Assembly (NCBI GenBank): GCA_963773065.1
Contig: CAVYZN010000032.1
Location: forward strand, 224,001-288,000
Direction of reading: 5' to 3'
Length of the DNA stretch: 64,000 nt
Source of the DNA: an uncultured Gammaproteobacteria bacterium
GTDB taxonomy: Bacteria; Pseudomonadota; Gammaproteobacteria; UBA9214
Position 1 is the first letter of the stretch; each line of letters begins with the position of its first letter. The position numbers and the translations under genes were made by a program. Below the pieces are notes generated by a model. The model was not told where the DNA came from and ran no database searches. It saw nothing but the letters and a program-made list of their open reading frames with translations. This document shows positions 25,905-37,786 of this stretch, one piece after another.

Positions 25905-26706
25905 ATGACACTTTACACGCAATCACGCGGCGACGGACCCGAGCTGGTGCTGATCCATGGTTGGGGGCTGCACGGCGGTATCTGGGACACGCTGGCGCCT
26001 TTGCTGGAACCGTCGTTCCGGGTGACCCGCGTGGATCTGCCGGGCCATGGACGCAGCGCCTGGCATGACTCTGATGGTCTGGCGGGCATGACGCGGGCGG
26101 TGCTGGACAGCGTGCCGGAACGGGCGGCCTGGATCGGCTGGTCGCTGGGCGGGCTGGTCGCCGCCCGGGCGGCGCTCATCTCGGCCGGCGCGCATCGAGC
26201 GGCTGGTGCTGATCGCCGCGACGCCGAGTTTCGTCTGCCGGCCGGACTGGCCGGCGGCCATGCCGCCCGCCCTGCTGGAGGTCTTCGCCGCGGACTTGCG
26301 GCACGATTACCTGCGCACGCTGCACCGCTTCCTCGCCCTGCAGGTGCGCGGCAGTGATGACGCGGGTGCCGTGCTGCGGGAACTGCGCGCCCGGTTGCTG
26401 GAGCATGGGCCGCCGGCGCCGGCAGCCCTGCTCGCCGGCCTGGATATCCTGCGCACCACGGACCTGCGCGACCGGTTAGCCGCTATTGCCTGCCCCGTGC
26501 TGTTTCTCATGGGCGCGCTCGACACCCTGGCGCCGGCGGCGGCGGCGCGGCAGGCGGCTCGCCTCCTGCCGGATGCCCGGGTGGAGGTAATCGCCGGCGC
26601 CGGTCATGCGCCGTTTCTGGCCCGCCCGGCATTGGTGGCCGGTGTGATCAGTGATTTTCTGCAGCCGATGCAGGCGCATCAGGCGGGTGAGATCCATGCC
26701 GGATGA
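25905..26706 (+). CDS. bioH: pimeloyl-ACP methyl ester esterase (frameshift near 26185)
   Basis: LVLIHGWG, DLPGHGRS, GWSLGG nucleophile motif, GAGHAPFL. Confidence 0.92.
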
Positions 26707-27587
26707 GGGCGCCGCCTTCCGGGTGGACAAGCGCCAGGCGCGGCTCGCCTTCGAGCGGGCGGCGCAAACCTACGATGACGCGGCGGCGCTGCAACGGGAG
26801 ATCGGACGGCGCCTGATCGAACGCCTGGACCTGATACGACTGCGGCCCGCACGTATCCTCGACCTCGGCGCCGGGACCGGCGAATTCAGCCGGGCGCTCC
26901 TGCGGCGTTACCGCAAGGCCGACGTCATCGCCCTGGATCTGGCGCTGAACATGCTGCGCCACACGCGCCGCCGCGGCGGCTGGTTCCGCCGCCCGGGCTG
27001 CGTCTGCGGCGACGCCGAACGGCTGCCCTTCGCCGCCGACAGTTTCGACTTCATCTTCTCCAACCTGATGCTGCAGTGGTGTCTGGACCTCGAGCCCGTG
27101 TTCACGGAACTTCACCGGGTGCTCTCGCCGGGCGGCTTGCTGATGTTCACCACCTTCGGTCCCGACACCCTGAAGGAATTGCGCGCGAGCTGGCAGGCCG
27201 TGGACGGCTATACCCATGTCAACACGCTTCATCGACATGCATGACATCGGCGATGCCCTGGTGCGCACCCGCTGGGCGGAACCGGTCATGGACGCGGAAT
27301 GGATCACCGTGACCTATCGCGAGGCCCGCACCCTGATGCAGGACCTCAAGCACCTGGGCGCACACAATGTCACGGCCGGCCGGCCGCGCGGCCTGACCGG
27401 CAGGCAGCGTCTGCAACGGGTGCTGCAGGCCTACGAAACCCACCGCCGCGACGGGCTCCTGCCGGCCAGCTACGAGGTGGTCTACGGGCATGCCTGGTCA
27501 CCGGTCAACAAGCACGCCGCCACCGGCGGGATCGAGGTGGCGCTGAGCGGACCGCGCGCTCCCGGTCGAAGCGGTTACGATGGCTAG
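26696..27587 (+). CDS. bioC: malonyl-ACP O-methyltransferase (frameshift near 27225)
   Basis: ILDLGAGTG, FSNLMLQW, FTTFGPDTLKELR, ASYEVVYGHAW. Confidence 0.92.
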
Positions 27588-28269
27588 CCCCCCCGCCGGC
27601 TATTTCGTCACCGGGACGGACACCGGCGTGGGCAAGACCGTCGTCACGCTCGGTCTGATGCGGCGGCTGCAGGACCGGGGCCATCGGGTCGCCGCCATGA
27701 AGCCGGTGGCCTCGGGCTGTGTGCGCACGGCGCGGGGATTGCGCCATGCCGATGCCCTGCTGTTGCAACGGCAGGCGAGCCTGCCGCTGGCGTACCACGA
27801 GGTCAATCCCTATGCCTTCGAGCCGGCCGTTGCACCGCATCTGGCCGCGGCGCAGGCGGGCATACGGATCGAGCTTGCCACTATCAAGACGGGCTTCGAG
27901 CGGCTTGCGGCCCGGGCGGATCGGGTCTGCGTGGAGGGGATCGGGGGCTGGCTGGTCCCGCTGAACGAGACGCATACCGTGGCCGACCTGGCGGCGGAGC
28001 TGGGGCTGGGAATCATCCTGGTGGTGGGGATACGCCTGGGCTGCCTGAATCACGCCCTGCTGACGCAAGCGGCCGTCCAAAGCGCGGGGCTCGACCTCGC
28101 CGGCTGGATTGCCAATCAGCCGCCGCCCGGTTGCGAGCGGGCCGGCGAAATCATCGATACTCTGAAATCCAGACTTGCCGCGCCGCTGCTGGGCAGTGTT
28201 CCGGTCCTGCCCGGGTGTTCCGCCGCGGCCGTGGCCGCGTGTCTTGAACTCGATGGATGGCTGCCCTGA
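27580..28269 (+). CDS. bioD: dethiobiotin synthase
   Basis: FVTGTDTGVGKT, KPVASG, VEGIGGW, LGCLNHALLT. Confidence 0.96.
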   Translation: MASPPAGYFVTGTDTGVGKTVVTLGLMRRLQDRGHRVAAMKPVASGCVRTARGLRHADALLLQRQASLPLAYHEVNPYAFEPAVAPHLAAAQAGIRIELATIKTGFERLAARADRVCVEGIGGWLVPLNETHTVADLAAELGLGIILVVGIRLGCLNHALLTQAAVQSAGLDLAGWIANQPPPGCERAGEIIDTLKSRLAAPLLGSVPVLPGCSAAAVAACLELDGWLP

Positions 28270-28456
28270 CCGATGCACCAGATCGTTGTGTCCGCGGAAA
28301 TTCTCATTTAAAATCCCGGCACTTTTGACTGGCATATCCGGCCGATGTCCGGCCCGGCGCCGTGGCCACGCGGCAGTTGCGAGCCTCCCGTTCATGCAGT
28401 AGGATGCCCGGTCTGTTTACAGGGCGGTCCGGTCGCATCCGGTACTAGATAAATCC

Positions 28457-28960
28457 GTGGTTGAATTGGTATGTGGTCCGGCAGGTTCGGATTGTCGCTG
28501 GATCATCCGTCCGAACCAGTCCCTGTCCTGGCGCGGCGTGCTGAGGGTTTACGCGGTGGTCGCCTTGTGCCTGCTGGGCATCTCCGTGGCGTTCGCCCTG
28601 CATGGCTTGTGGCCGGTACTGCCCTTTGCCGGTCTCGAGCTGATTGCGCTGGGAGCGGCGTTCTACCTGTGCTTCTTGCGCAGCCAGTGGCGTGAAATCG
28701 TCTCGATAGACGCAGACATCGTCAAGGTGGAGAAGGGACGGCGGCAGGCTGAGGAACGCTGGGAATGCCCGAGTGTCTGGGCCCGGGTGCAGCTCGAGAG
28801 GTCGCCCCTAGCCTGGTATCCGAGCCGTCTGATAATTGCCTATCAGGGGCGTCGGGTGGAGATCGGCGGGTTTCTGAGCGAGGACGAGCGTGTCGTGCTG
28901 GCGGATGCGCTGAGACGGGGTATCCGGGACCGGCTGGCAGCGGCGTGGCGTCAGCAATAG
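28457..28960 (+). CDS. DUF2244-like membrane protein
   Basis: IRPNQSLS, WPVLPFAGLE, VEIGGFLSEDER; upstream of coxB. Confidence 0.75.
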   Translation: MVELVCGPAGSDCRWIIRPNQSLSWRGVLRVYAVVALCLLGISVAFALHGLWPVLPFAGLELIALGAAFYLCFLRSQWREIVSIDADIVKVEKGRRQAEERWECPSVWARVQLERSPLAWYPSRLIIAYQGRRVEIGGFLSEDERVVLADALRRGIRDRLAAAWRQQ

Positions 28961-28995
28961 TTTTTTAAAATCAAAATCGTTAGGGAGATTGATGC

Positions 28996-30128
28996 ATGTT
29001 TGCCAAGAAGCTACGACTTGCCCTGTGCGGCCTGTGGGGGGTAGTCATCCTGCTCGGCGCAGGCAATACCTTTGCAGGATTTGAGCAACTGAACCTCACA
29101 CCCGGCGCCACGGATATCAGCCACAAGGTCTATGACCTGCACATGCTGATCTTCAAAATCTGTGTCGTAATCTGCGTCGGCGTTTTCGCCGTTCTGATTT
29201 ATTCCATCATCAATCACCGCAAATCCAAGGGCGCCAAACCGGCCAGCTTCCATGAAAGCACCACGGTTGAAATCATCTGGACCACCATTCCCTTCCTGAT
29301 CCTGGTGGGCATGGCGATACCGGCGACCAAGACGCTGCTGGCGCTGGAAGACACCCGCGACTCCGACATGTCCATCAAGGTCACCGGCTACCAGTGGAAA
29401 TGGAAATACGATTACCTCGACGATGACATCAGCTTCTTCAGCTCCCTGACTACCCCGCGCGAGCAGATCGAGAACAAGCAGGCGAAAAGGGGGAAAACTA
29501 CCTGGTCGAGGTGGACAACCCGATCGTGGTGCCGATCAACAAGAAAATCCGCTTCCTGATCACCTCCAACGATGTGATCCATTCCTGGTGGGTGCCGGCG
29601 CTTGGCTGGAAGCAGGATGCCGTGCCCGGGTTCATCAACGATGCCTGGACCGAACTGAAGGAGCCGGGCATCTACCGTGGCAGGTGCGCGGAGCTGTGCG
29701 GCAAGGACCACGGCTTCATGCCGATCGTGCTGGTCGCCAAGACGCAAGAGGATTACCAGGCCTGGGTCAAGGACCAGAAGGCCGGCGCGGCCGCGGCCGC
29801 GGCCGCTTCCACCCAGACGCTGACCAAGGAGGAACTGATGGCGAAGGGCGAGAAGGTCTACGACACCATCTGCGCCGCCTGCCACCAGGCCGGTGGTGTG
29901 GGTATCCCGGGCGTGTTCCCCGCGCTGGCGGGCAGCAAGATCGCCACCGGCGACCGGGCCGCCCACCTGAACATCGTGCTGCACGGCAAGACCGGTACCG
30001 CGATGCAGGCCTTCGGTGAACAGCTCAATGCGGTGGATCTCGCCTCGGTCATCACCTTCGAGCGCAACTCCTTCGGCAACCATACCGGTGACGTGGTTCA
30101 GCCGTCCGATATCGCGGCGGCCAAGTAA
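28996..30128 (+). CDS. coxB: cytochrome c oxidase subunit II with C-terminal cytochrome c (frameshift near 29490)
   Basis: GYQWKWKYDY, DVIHSWW, CuA motif CAELCGKDHGFM, CAACH heme motif. Confidence 0.93.
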
Positions 30129-30161
30129 GCAATTCAGGAATTCAAGTGGAGGTATGACTAT

Positions 30162-31736
30162 ATGAGTACGGCAACCGCGCACACTGCGCATCACGATCAT
30201 CCGACCGGCCTGAAGCGCTGGCTGTTCACCACCAACCACAAGGACATCGGCACCCTCTACCTGTGGTTCTCCTTCACCATGCTGCTGATCGGCGGCGCCA
30301 TGGCGATGGTGATCCGCGCCGAGCTGTTCCAGCCTGGACTGCAGCTCGTCGACCCGCATTTCTTCAACACCATGACTACCATGCACGGCCTGATCATGGT
30401 GTTCGGCGCCATCATGCCGGGCATGGTGGGTCTCGCCAACTGGCAGATCCCGATGATGATCGGCGCCCCCGACATGGCGCTGCCGCGCATGAACAACTGG
30501 AGCTTCTGGATTCTGCCGTTCGCCGGCACTCTGCTGCTCAGCACCCTGTTCATGGAAGGCGGCGGCCCGGCCTTCGGCTGGACCTTCTACGCGCCGCTGT
30601 CCACGACCTTCGCGCCGGACAGCACCGATTTCTTTATCTTCTCGGTGCACATGCTGGGCTTCTCCTCGATCATGGGCGCCATCAACATCATCGCCACGGT
30701 GCTCAACATGCGCGCCCCCGGCATGACCCTGATGAAGATGCCGCTGTTCGTCTGGACCTGGTTCATCACCGCCTTTCTGCTGATCGCCGTGATGCCGGTG
30801 CTGGCGGGCGCGGTGACCATGATGCTGACCGACCGCCACTTCGGCACCAGCTTCTTCAGCGCCGCCGGCGGCGGCGACCCGGTGCTGTTCCAGCACGTGT
30901 TCTGGTTCTTCGGCCATCCCGAGGTCTACATCATGATCCTGCCGGCCTTCGGCGTGATCTCGCAGATCATCCCGACCTTCGCCCGCAAGAAGCTGTTCGG
31001 CTACAGCTCCATGGTGTATGCGACGGCCTCCATCGCCTTCCTGTCTTTCATCGTTTGGGGCCACCACATGTTCACCACCGGCATGCCGGTCGCCGGCGAG
31101 CTGTACTTCATGTACGCCACCGTCATGATCGCGGTGCCGACGGCGGTGAAGGTGTTCAACTGGACGGCCACCATGTGGCGCGGCTCCATGACCTTCGAGA
31201 CGCCGATGCTGTGGGCCATCGCTTTCGTGTTTCTGTTCACCATCGGCGGTTTCACCGGCCTGATGATGGGCGTGGCCCCGGCCGATATGCAGTACCAGGA
31301 CACCTATTTCATCGTGGCCCACTTCCACTACGTGCTGGTGACCGGCGCGCTGTTCGGGATCATCGCCGCCGTGTACTACTGGCTGCCCAAGTGGACCGGG
31401 CACATGTACGACGAGCGCCTCGGCAAGATCCACTTCTGGTGGTCGGCGATTTCCGTGAACGTGCTGTTCTTCCCGCAGCACTTCCTGGGTCTGGCCGGCA
31501 TGCCGCGCCGCATCCCGGACTACGCGCTGCAGTTCGCCGACTGGAACATGGTCTCCAGCCTCGGCGGCTTTGCCTTCGGTCTGGCCCAGCTCTTCTTCCT
31601 GTTCATCGTCATCAAGACCATCCGGGGCGGCCAGCAGGCCACCGCCCAGGTCTGGGAAGGTGCGGAAGGCCTGGAATGGACCCTCCCCTCGCCGGCGCCG
31701 TATCACACGTTTGAAACGGCGCCCGAGGTCAAGTAG
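30162..31736 (+). CDS. coxA: cytochrome c oxidase subunit I (A1 type)
   Basis: TTNHKDIGTLY, WFFGHPEVY, VWGHHMF, VAHFHYV, GMPRRIPDY. Confidence 0.97.
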   Translation: MSTATAHTAHHDHPTGLKRWLFTTNHKDIGTLYLWFSFTMLLIGGAMAMVIRAELFQPGLQLVDPHFFNTMTTMHGLIMVFGAIMPGMVGLANWQIPMMIGAPDMALPRMNNWSFWILPFAGTLLLSTLFMEGGGPAFGWTFYAPLSTTFAPDSTDFFIFSVHMLGFSSIMGAINIIATVLNMRAPGMTLMKMPLFVWTWFITAFLLIAVMPVLAGAVTMMLTDRHFGTSFFSAAGGGDPVLFQHVFWFFGHPEVYIMILPAFGVISQIIPTFARKKLFGYSSMVYATASIAFLSFIVWGHHMFTTGMPVAGELYFMYATVMIAVPTAVKVFNWTATMWRGSMTFETPMLWAIAFVFLFTIGGFTGLMMGVAPADMQYQDTYFIVAHFHYVLVTGALFGIIAAVYYWLPKWTGHMYDERLGKIHFWWSAISVNVLFFPQHFLGLAGMPRRIPDYALQFADWNMVSSLGGFAFGLAQLFFLFIVIKTIRGGQQATAQVWEGAEGLEWTLPSPAPYHTFETAPEVK

Positions 31737-31786
31737 CCGTTAACTAAACCGGGTTGCGCGACGCGCAACCCGGATGGATGGATGCC

Positions 31787-31906
31787 ATGATGACAAAAAC
31801 ACCTGAACAGTCGCGACCGGGTACGGCCCGCAAGGTGCTGGTCGTGGTTGCGCTGTTTGCGATCGCGATCGCGTTTTACGTCGCCAGCTTCCTGATCGGT
31901 CACTGA
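31787..31906 (+). CDS. 39-aa single-TM protein between coxA and ctaG
   Basis: Manual translation MMTKTPEQSRPGTARKVLVVVALFAIAIAFYVASFLIGH*; stop lies 2 bp before the ctaG start. Confidence 0.6.
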   Translation: MMTKTPEQSRPGTARKVLVVVALFAIAIAFYVASFLIGH

Positions 31907-31908
31907 CG

Positions 31909-32529
31909 ATGGACGCCTCGCAGCGCTCGCGCGCCAACCGACGCGTCGTCACCCGGCTGGCCGTGGTGGTCCTGGCCATGTTCGGCTTCGGGTTTGCCCT
32001 GGTGCCTCTGTATGACGTGTTCTGCCAGGTGACCGGTCTCAATGGCAAGACCGGGCGCATCGAACTGGAGCAGGCTCTCAGCGAGAAGGTGGACGCCGAG
32101 CGCACCGTCACGGTGGAATTCCTGGCCACGGTCAACAGCGAACTGCCGTGGGAATTCCGGCCTACCGTCAAGAAGGTCAAGGTGCATCCCGGCGCGGTGA
32201 CCGAGGTCAAGTATTACGCCAGGAACCTGACCGGCAATTCCATTACCGGACAGGCGGTGCCGAGCCTCGCCCCGGGACTGGCGGCGCGGTATTTCAACAA
32301 GACGGAATGTTTCTGTTTCACCCAGCAGACGCTGGGGCCGCGTGAAGGCCGGGATATGCCGCTGCGTTTCGTGGTGGATCCGGATCTGCCCGCCGAGGTC
32401 AAGACCTTGTCCTTGTCCTATACCTTCTATCAGGCCGGGAACATCGCCGCCGGGACCAACCAGCAGGCCGGCGTCCTCGAGGAGTTGCATGATGAGGATC
32501 AGCGGACGGCCCGGGAGAAACGGCTTTAA
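31909..32529 (+). CDS. ctaG: cytochrome c oxidase assembly protein CtaG/Cox11
   Basis: ALVPLYDVFCQVTGLNGKT, KTECFCFTQQ. Confidence 0.95.
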   Translation: MDASQRSRANRRVVTRLAVVVLAMFGFGFALVPLYDVFCQVTGLNGKTGRIELEQALSEKVDAERTVTVEFLATVNSELPWEFRPTVKKVKVHPGAVTEVKYYARNLTGNSITGQAVPSLAPGLAARYFNKTECFCFTQQTLGPREGRDMPLRFVVDPDLPAEVKTLSLSYTFYQAGNIAAGTNQQAGVLEELHDEDQRTAREKRL

Positions 32530-32585
32530 CGGTGATAACGAATTAACCAATCAAATTAATTTTGCATAGAGAGAGGGAATAACCA

Positions 32586-33449
32586 ATGTCAGCATCCAAA
32601 GGGGGTTACTACCTGCCGCAGCCAAGCTACTGGCCGATCGTGGGCTCAGTGGGTCTGTTTCTCACCTTGGGCGGGTTCGCGCATTTTCTTCATCACGGCT
32701 CCCCCGTGGTCATGATGGCCGGCGCGGTGATCCTGCTGATCATGATCTTCGGCTGGTTCGGCACGGTCATCCGGGAAAGCCAGGGCGGCAAATACAACGA
32801 TCAGGTCGACATGTCTTTCCGCTGGGGCATGGGCTGGTTCATCTTCTCGGAAGTCATGTTCTTCGCGGCGTTCTTCGGCGCGCTGTTTTATGCCCGCATG
32901 TACGCCGTGCCCTGGCTCGGCGGGGGCGGCAACAAGGGCATGACACCTGAGCTGCTCTGGCCCGGGTTTGAGGCGATGTGGCCGACCAATGGGCCGGGTG
33001 AAGTCGGTGGAAGTTTCGAGCCCATGGAGGCCTGGGGCATTCCGGCCATGAACACCCTGATCCTGCTCTCCAGCGGCGTCACCGTCACCCTGGCGCACTG
33101 GGCGTTGAAGAAGAGCCAGCGCGGCGCGCTGATCCTGTGGCTGGCGGCCACGGTGGCGCTGGGCGTGCTGTTCCTGTCGCTGCAGGTACATGAATACGGT
33201 CACGCCTATACCGAGATGAACCTGACCCTCCACTCGGGCATCTACGGCACCACCTTCTTCATGCTGACCGGTTTCCACGGCGCGCACGTCACGCTGGGCG
33301 CCACCATGCTGCTGGTGATCCTGCTGCGCAGCATCAAGGGACACTTCACCCCGGATCACCACTTCGCCTTCGAAGCGGTAGCCTGGTACTGGCACTTCGT
33401 CGACGTGGTCTGGCTGGGCTTGTTCGTGTTCGTTTACTGGCTGATCTGA
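32586..33449 (+). CDS. coxC: cytochrome c oxidase subunit III
   Basis: WFIFSEVMFF, LTGFHGAHV, WYWHFVDVVW. Confidence 0.96.
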   Translation: MSASKGGYYLPQPSYWPIVGSVGLFLTLGGFAHFLHHGSPVVMMAGAVILLIMIFGWFGTVIRESQGGKYNDQVDMSFRWGMGWFIFSEVMFFAAFFGALFYARMYAVPWLGGGGNKGMTPELLWPGFEAMWPTNGPGEVGGSFEPMEAWGIPAMNTLILLSSGVTVTLAHWALKKSQRGALILWLAATVALGVLFLSLQVHEYGHAYTEMNLTLHSGIYGTTFFMLTGFHGAHVTLGATMLLVILLRSIKGHFTPDHHFAFEAVAWYWHFVDVVWLGLFVFVYWLI

Positions 33450-33471
33450 CGGGCAGCACGCACTCATGAAC

Positions 33472-33507
33472 AGGGGGCGCCGCGATCGCGGCGCCCCTTT
33501 CGTTTTT
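33472..33507 (+). terminator. intrinsic terminator after coxC
   Basis: ggggcgccgcgatcgcggcgcccc hairpin followed by tttcgttttt. Confidence 0.7.
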
Positions 33508-33549
33508 GCCTGCAGGATGCGGTACATCGCGAAGCGCAGGGATGCGCGA

Positions 33550-33762
33550 CTAACCCGGATGAATCCCGTGGGGTTGCAGCAGACCGGTCAGGTAGCCCAG
33601 CATCAGGAGCACGAACAGCAGGACGGACAGGCTGATGCGGACCGTGAGCGCCCGCACGGTTCGGTTGGATGAACCCTTGTCCTTGACCAGATAGAACAAG
33701 CCACTGCCAAGGCTGGCGATGATGGCGAACAGAAACAGGACGACGATGATTTTGCTGAACAT
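33550..33762 (-). CDS. twin-TM-helix small protein (DUF2909-like)
   Basis: MFSKIIVVLFLFAIIASLGSGLFYLVKDKGSSNRTVRALTVRISLS...LQPHG; usual antisense position in cox clusters. Confidence 0.85.
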   Translation of the reverse strand: MFSKIIVVLFLFAIIASLGSGLFYLVKDKGSSNRTVRALTVRISLSVLLFVLLMLGYLTGLLQPHGIHPG

Positions 33763-33814
33763 GGTGAAGGTACGACACTGGAGTTGATGGCCGGCAGTAT
33801 AGCAAAGTAGCAGG

Positions 33815-34597
33815 TTGAATATGCGCCTTGGTCCCTTTGATTTCCGTCCCTCGTTGTGGCCGACCCTGGCCACGCTGCTGCTCCTGCCGGTCCTGCTTGG
33901 CCTGGGCCACTGGCAGCTCGAGCGCGCGGCCTGGAAGCAGGGTCTGGTGGATGCCCATGCCGCACGCATCAGAGAGCCCGCCCAGCCGCTGCGGAGCCTG
34001 CTGGCGTCCTCCGCCGCCGGTTCCGAGTTGGAGTACCGGCAAGTGACGGCGCAGGGGGTTTATGACCTGGATCACCAACTGCTGCTGGACAACCAGATTT
34101 ACCAGGGCGCGGCCGGCTATCACGTCCTCACCCCGCTGCGCCTCGACGGCGCGGGATCGCCTGAGGCGTGGGTGCTGGTCAATCGCGGCTGGGTTCCACT
34201 GGGCGGCAGCCGGACGGAGCTGCCGGCAGTGGCGGGCCCCGCGGATACCGTCACCGTGCGGGCGATGATCCGGCTGCCGCCGGAAAAGGTGTTCCGGCTG
34301 GAAGCGGTGGAAGAGACCGGCGCGGGCTGGCCGCGGGTGGTAGAGCAGCTTGAACTCGGGCCGATCGAGCAACGCCTGGGTCATCCGCTGCTGCCGCTGG
34401 TGCTGCTCCTGGACAAGGAGGATCCCCAGGGTTTTATCCGTGACTGGAAGCCGGTTTACGGCATCACGCCGGACAAGCATCGCGCCTATGCCGCGCAGTG
34501 GTATACGCTCGCGTCGGTGTTGCTGCTGATTTATGTTGGCGTCAACACGCACCGGGTTGCGAGCCGGCCGAGCGGTCACGAGAGCGAGCACACATGA
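33815..34597 (+). CDS. SURF1-family protein
   Basis: LGHWQLERA, GYHVLTPL, LVNRGWVP, KHRAYAAQWY. Confidence 0.92.
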   Translation: MNMRLGPFDFRPSLWPTLATLLLLPVLLGLGHWQLERAAWKQGLVDAHAARIREPAQPLRSLLASSAAGSELEYRQVTAQGVYDLDHQLLLDNQIYQGAAGYHVLTPLRLDGAGSPEAWVLVNRGWVPLGGSRTELPAVAGPADTVTVRAMIRLPPEKVFRLEAVEETGAGWPRVVEQLELGPIEQRLGHPLLPLVLLLDKEDPQGFIRDWKPVYGITPDKHRAYAAQWYTLASVLLLIYVGVNTHRVASRPSGHESEHT

Positions 34598-35256
34598 AGC
34601 CATCCGGCGGCAATCCCTATATGGTTGTGGCGCAGGCGGGCCGTCAGCAACGGGGCTTCGTCAGTTCCCGGCAGGCACTGGTTCTGCTGGCCCTGCTGTT
34701 CCTTACGCCGCCGTTAGTAGCGTGGCTGATGCATCTTAGCGCGGAACATGGCTGGCGTCCGAGCGGCACGACCAACCAGGGTACGCTGATCGAACCGCCC
34801 CGGCCGTTGAGTCTGCCAGCCGGTCTGGTCGACGCCACGGGCGCACCCATCCGACAGGACTTCCTGGGCGGTAAATGGACGCTGCTTTATATCGGCGGCG
34901 ACGCCTGCGGGGAGGCTTGCCGCAATACGCTGTATAACCTGCGCCAGGTGCGTCTGGCCCAGGGCGAGAACATCCGGCGCGTGCAGCGGCTGTTCCTGGT
35001 GGCCGAGACGGCGGCAGCGGATTTACCGGAGATCCTGGCGGACTATCCGGACCTGGCGGTCGCGCTCCTGTCGCGCGCGCAGGCTGCGGCGATCGCCCCC
35101 CTGTTCAGCGTCGATGGGACCCCGATGCAGGGCGCCGACCGCGTGTATCTGGTCGATCCGCTGGGAAACCTGATGATGTACTATCGGCCTGACGCCGATC
35201 CGCGCGGCATGATCCAGGATCTGCAAAGACTGCTGAAGTACTCGCATATCGGCTGA
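34594..35256 (+). CDS. cox-cluster thioredoxin/SCO-like membrane-anchored protein
   Basis: TNQGTLIEPP, CGEAC, YLVDPLGNLMMYY. Confidence 0.75.
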   Translation: MKPSGGNPYMVVAQAGRQQRGFVSSRQALVLLALLFLTPPLVAWLMHLSAEHGWRPSGTTNQGTLIEPPRPLSLPAGLVDATGAPIRQDFLGGKWTLLYIGGDACGEACRNTLYNLRQVRLAQGENIRRVQRLFLVAETAAADLPEILADYPDLAVALLSRAQAAAIAPLFSVDGTPMQGADRVYLVDPLGNLMMYYRPDADPRGMIQDLQRLLKYSHIG

Positions 35257-35267
35257 CGGGGCGGTTC

Positions 35268-36198
35268 ATGGCGGTTTCGGTCAATGAAAAAACACAGGGC
35301 GAGGCGCCGGACGGGTCCGCGCTGAGGCTCGTGAAAAGCTATCTGGGCCTGTGCAAGCTCAGGGTCGTTGCACTGATTGTTTTCACCGCCATGGTCGGCA
35401 TGTTCCTTGCCACTTCACCGCCCGGCATGGTGCCGCTGGATGTGCTCCTGTTCGGCAATCTCGGCATCGGCCTGGCGGCTTCCTCGGCGGCGGCCATCAA
35501 CCACGTACTGGATGCGCGTGAAGACGCCCGCATGGCGCGCACCCGCCGACGACCTCTGCCACAGGGGGAGATCACGCCGGGCCATGCGCTGGTGTTCGCG
35601 GCGCTGCTGGGCGCCTTGTCCATGGTGATGCTCGTAGCGTTGGTCAATCCGCTGACGGCGGCTGCTCACCTTCCTGTCGCTGGTCGGCTATGCCATCGTT
35701 TACACCCTGTTCCTCAAGCGCGCCACGCCGCAGAACATCGTCATCGGCGGCGCCGCCGGAGCGGCTCCGCCGATCCTGGGCTGGACCGCGCTGACCGACT
35801 CGCTGGACCCGCATGCCCTGCTGCTGTTCCTGATCGTCTTCGTCTGGACGCCGCCGCATTTCTGGGCGCTGGCGATACACCGCCGCCACGAATACGCCAA
35901 GGTGGACATCCCGATGCTGCCGGTGACCCACGGCGTGCCGTTCACCCGATTGCAGATCCTCCTCTACACGCTGCTGTTGCTGGCGGTCAGCGTGCTGCCG
36001 TTCGCCATGCACATGAGCGGTTATTTTTACCTGGCCGGAGCCCTGCTGCTGGGCGGGGGTTTTCTTTATTACGCGATACGTCTGATGCAGGGCAGGGACG
36101 AGAAGATCGCGATGCAGACCTTCGGTTATTCCATCTGGTATCTGATGGCCATCTTCGCCATCCTGCTGGTGGATCACTACCTGCCGGAGTTGTTCTGA
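35268..36198 (+). CDS. cyoE: heme o synthase (frameshift near 35660)
   Basis: [13 protein letters not shown]; second frame has [13 protein letters not shown] and WTPPHFWAL. Confidence 0.92.
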
Positions 36199-36688
36199 GC
36201 GGCGCAGACTTGGCGGCAAAGGTGAATCGGGAGTAGTTTATTTTTTCACCGCAGCAGACGTTGCCGGAGCCGTGACCGTGAACATCGAGACATGACAAAA
36301 CTGCTTTTGCAGTCACAATATCCCAATTTTGGCAATGGAATCACATGGCTTATCCGAACTAGAACACCTGGCATACCGTGTACCGAAAACGTCGCCCTGG
36401 AAATTCTTCGTCAAATGCATAACGATATTGCGCGAAGGGTTTAACGCGTCGAGGTGCGGTTGGCTGTGGAACAAGGGCTGGCTGCATGCTGAGGGTCAGT
36501 CCACCGCGGATTGGGCGTCAAACCCGCTGCATATCGAGCGAAGGCTGGAATGGGGAATTCTGGTTTTCGATACCCAACGCGCCTGTCGGCACCACGGTGG
36601 TAAACCAATGTCCCCATACCGCCTCTTTGAAGCCCCCCGGAATAAAGGGGGTTCTCGGCTGATCTTGCGGTGAAATTTTGATGCCTAT

Positions 36689-36714
36689 AAAAACGGCCCT
36701 TGCGGGCCGTTTTG
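36689..36714. terminator. intrinsic terminator downstream of rpoH
   Basis: aaaacggcccttgcgggccgtttt. Confidence 0.75.
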
Positions 36715-36736
36715 CTTGGTCGTCAAGGCAGGCCGT

Positions 36737-37607
<871 letters not shown>

Positions 37608-37641
37608 GCGTCATTGTACCCGTTCTTGCCTGAAACTAATC

Positions 37642-37668
37642 CTAGCACTCCACCCTATGGAGTGCCAA
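37642..37668. promoter_or_regulatory. CIRCE element (HrcA operator) upstream of rpoH
   Basis: ctagcactc-N9-gagtgccaa versus consensus TTAGCACTC-N9-GAGTGCTAA. Confidence 0.85.
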
Positions 37669-37786
37669 TGCTTGGAAAAGTTTCCGGATAATCGACGGCT
37701 TGCTCACACCCTGAAGTGCCTGGCCGGGGAACGTAATCTTTCATCAGACCAAATTTTTCGGACCGCATGTCTCCTGCCTATCCCGT

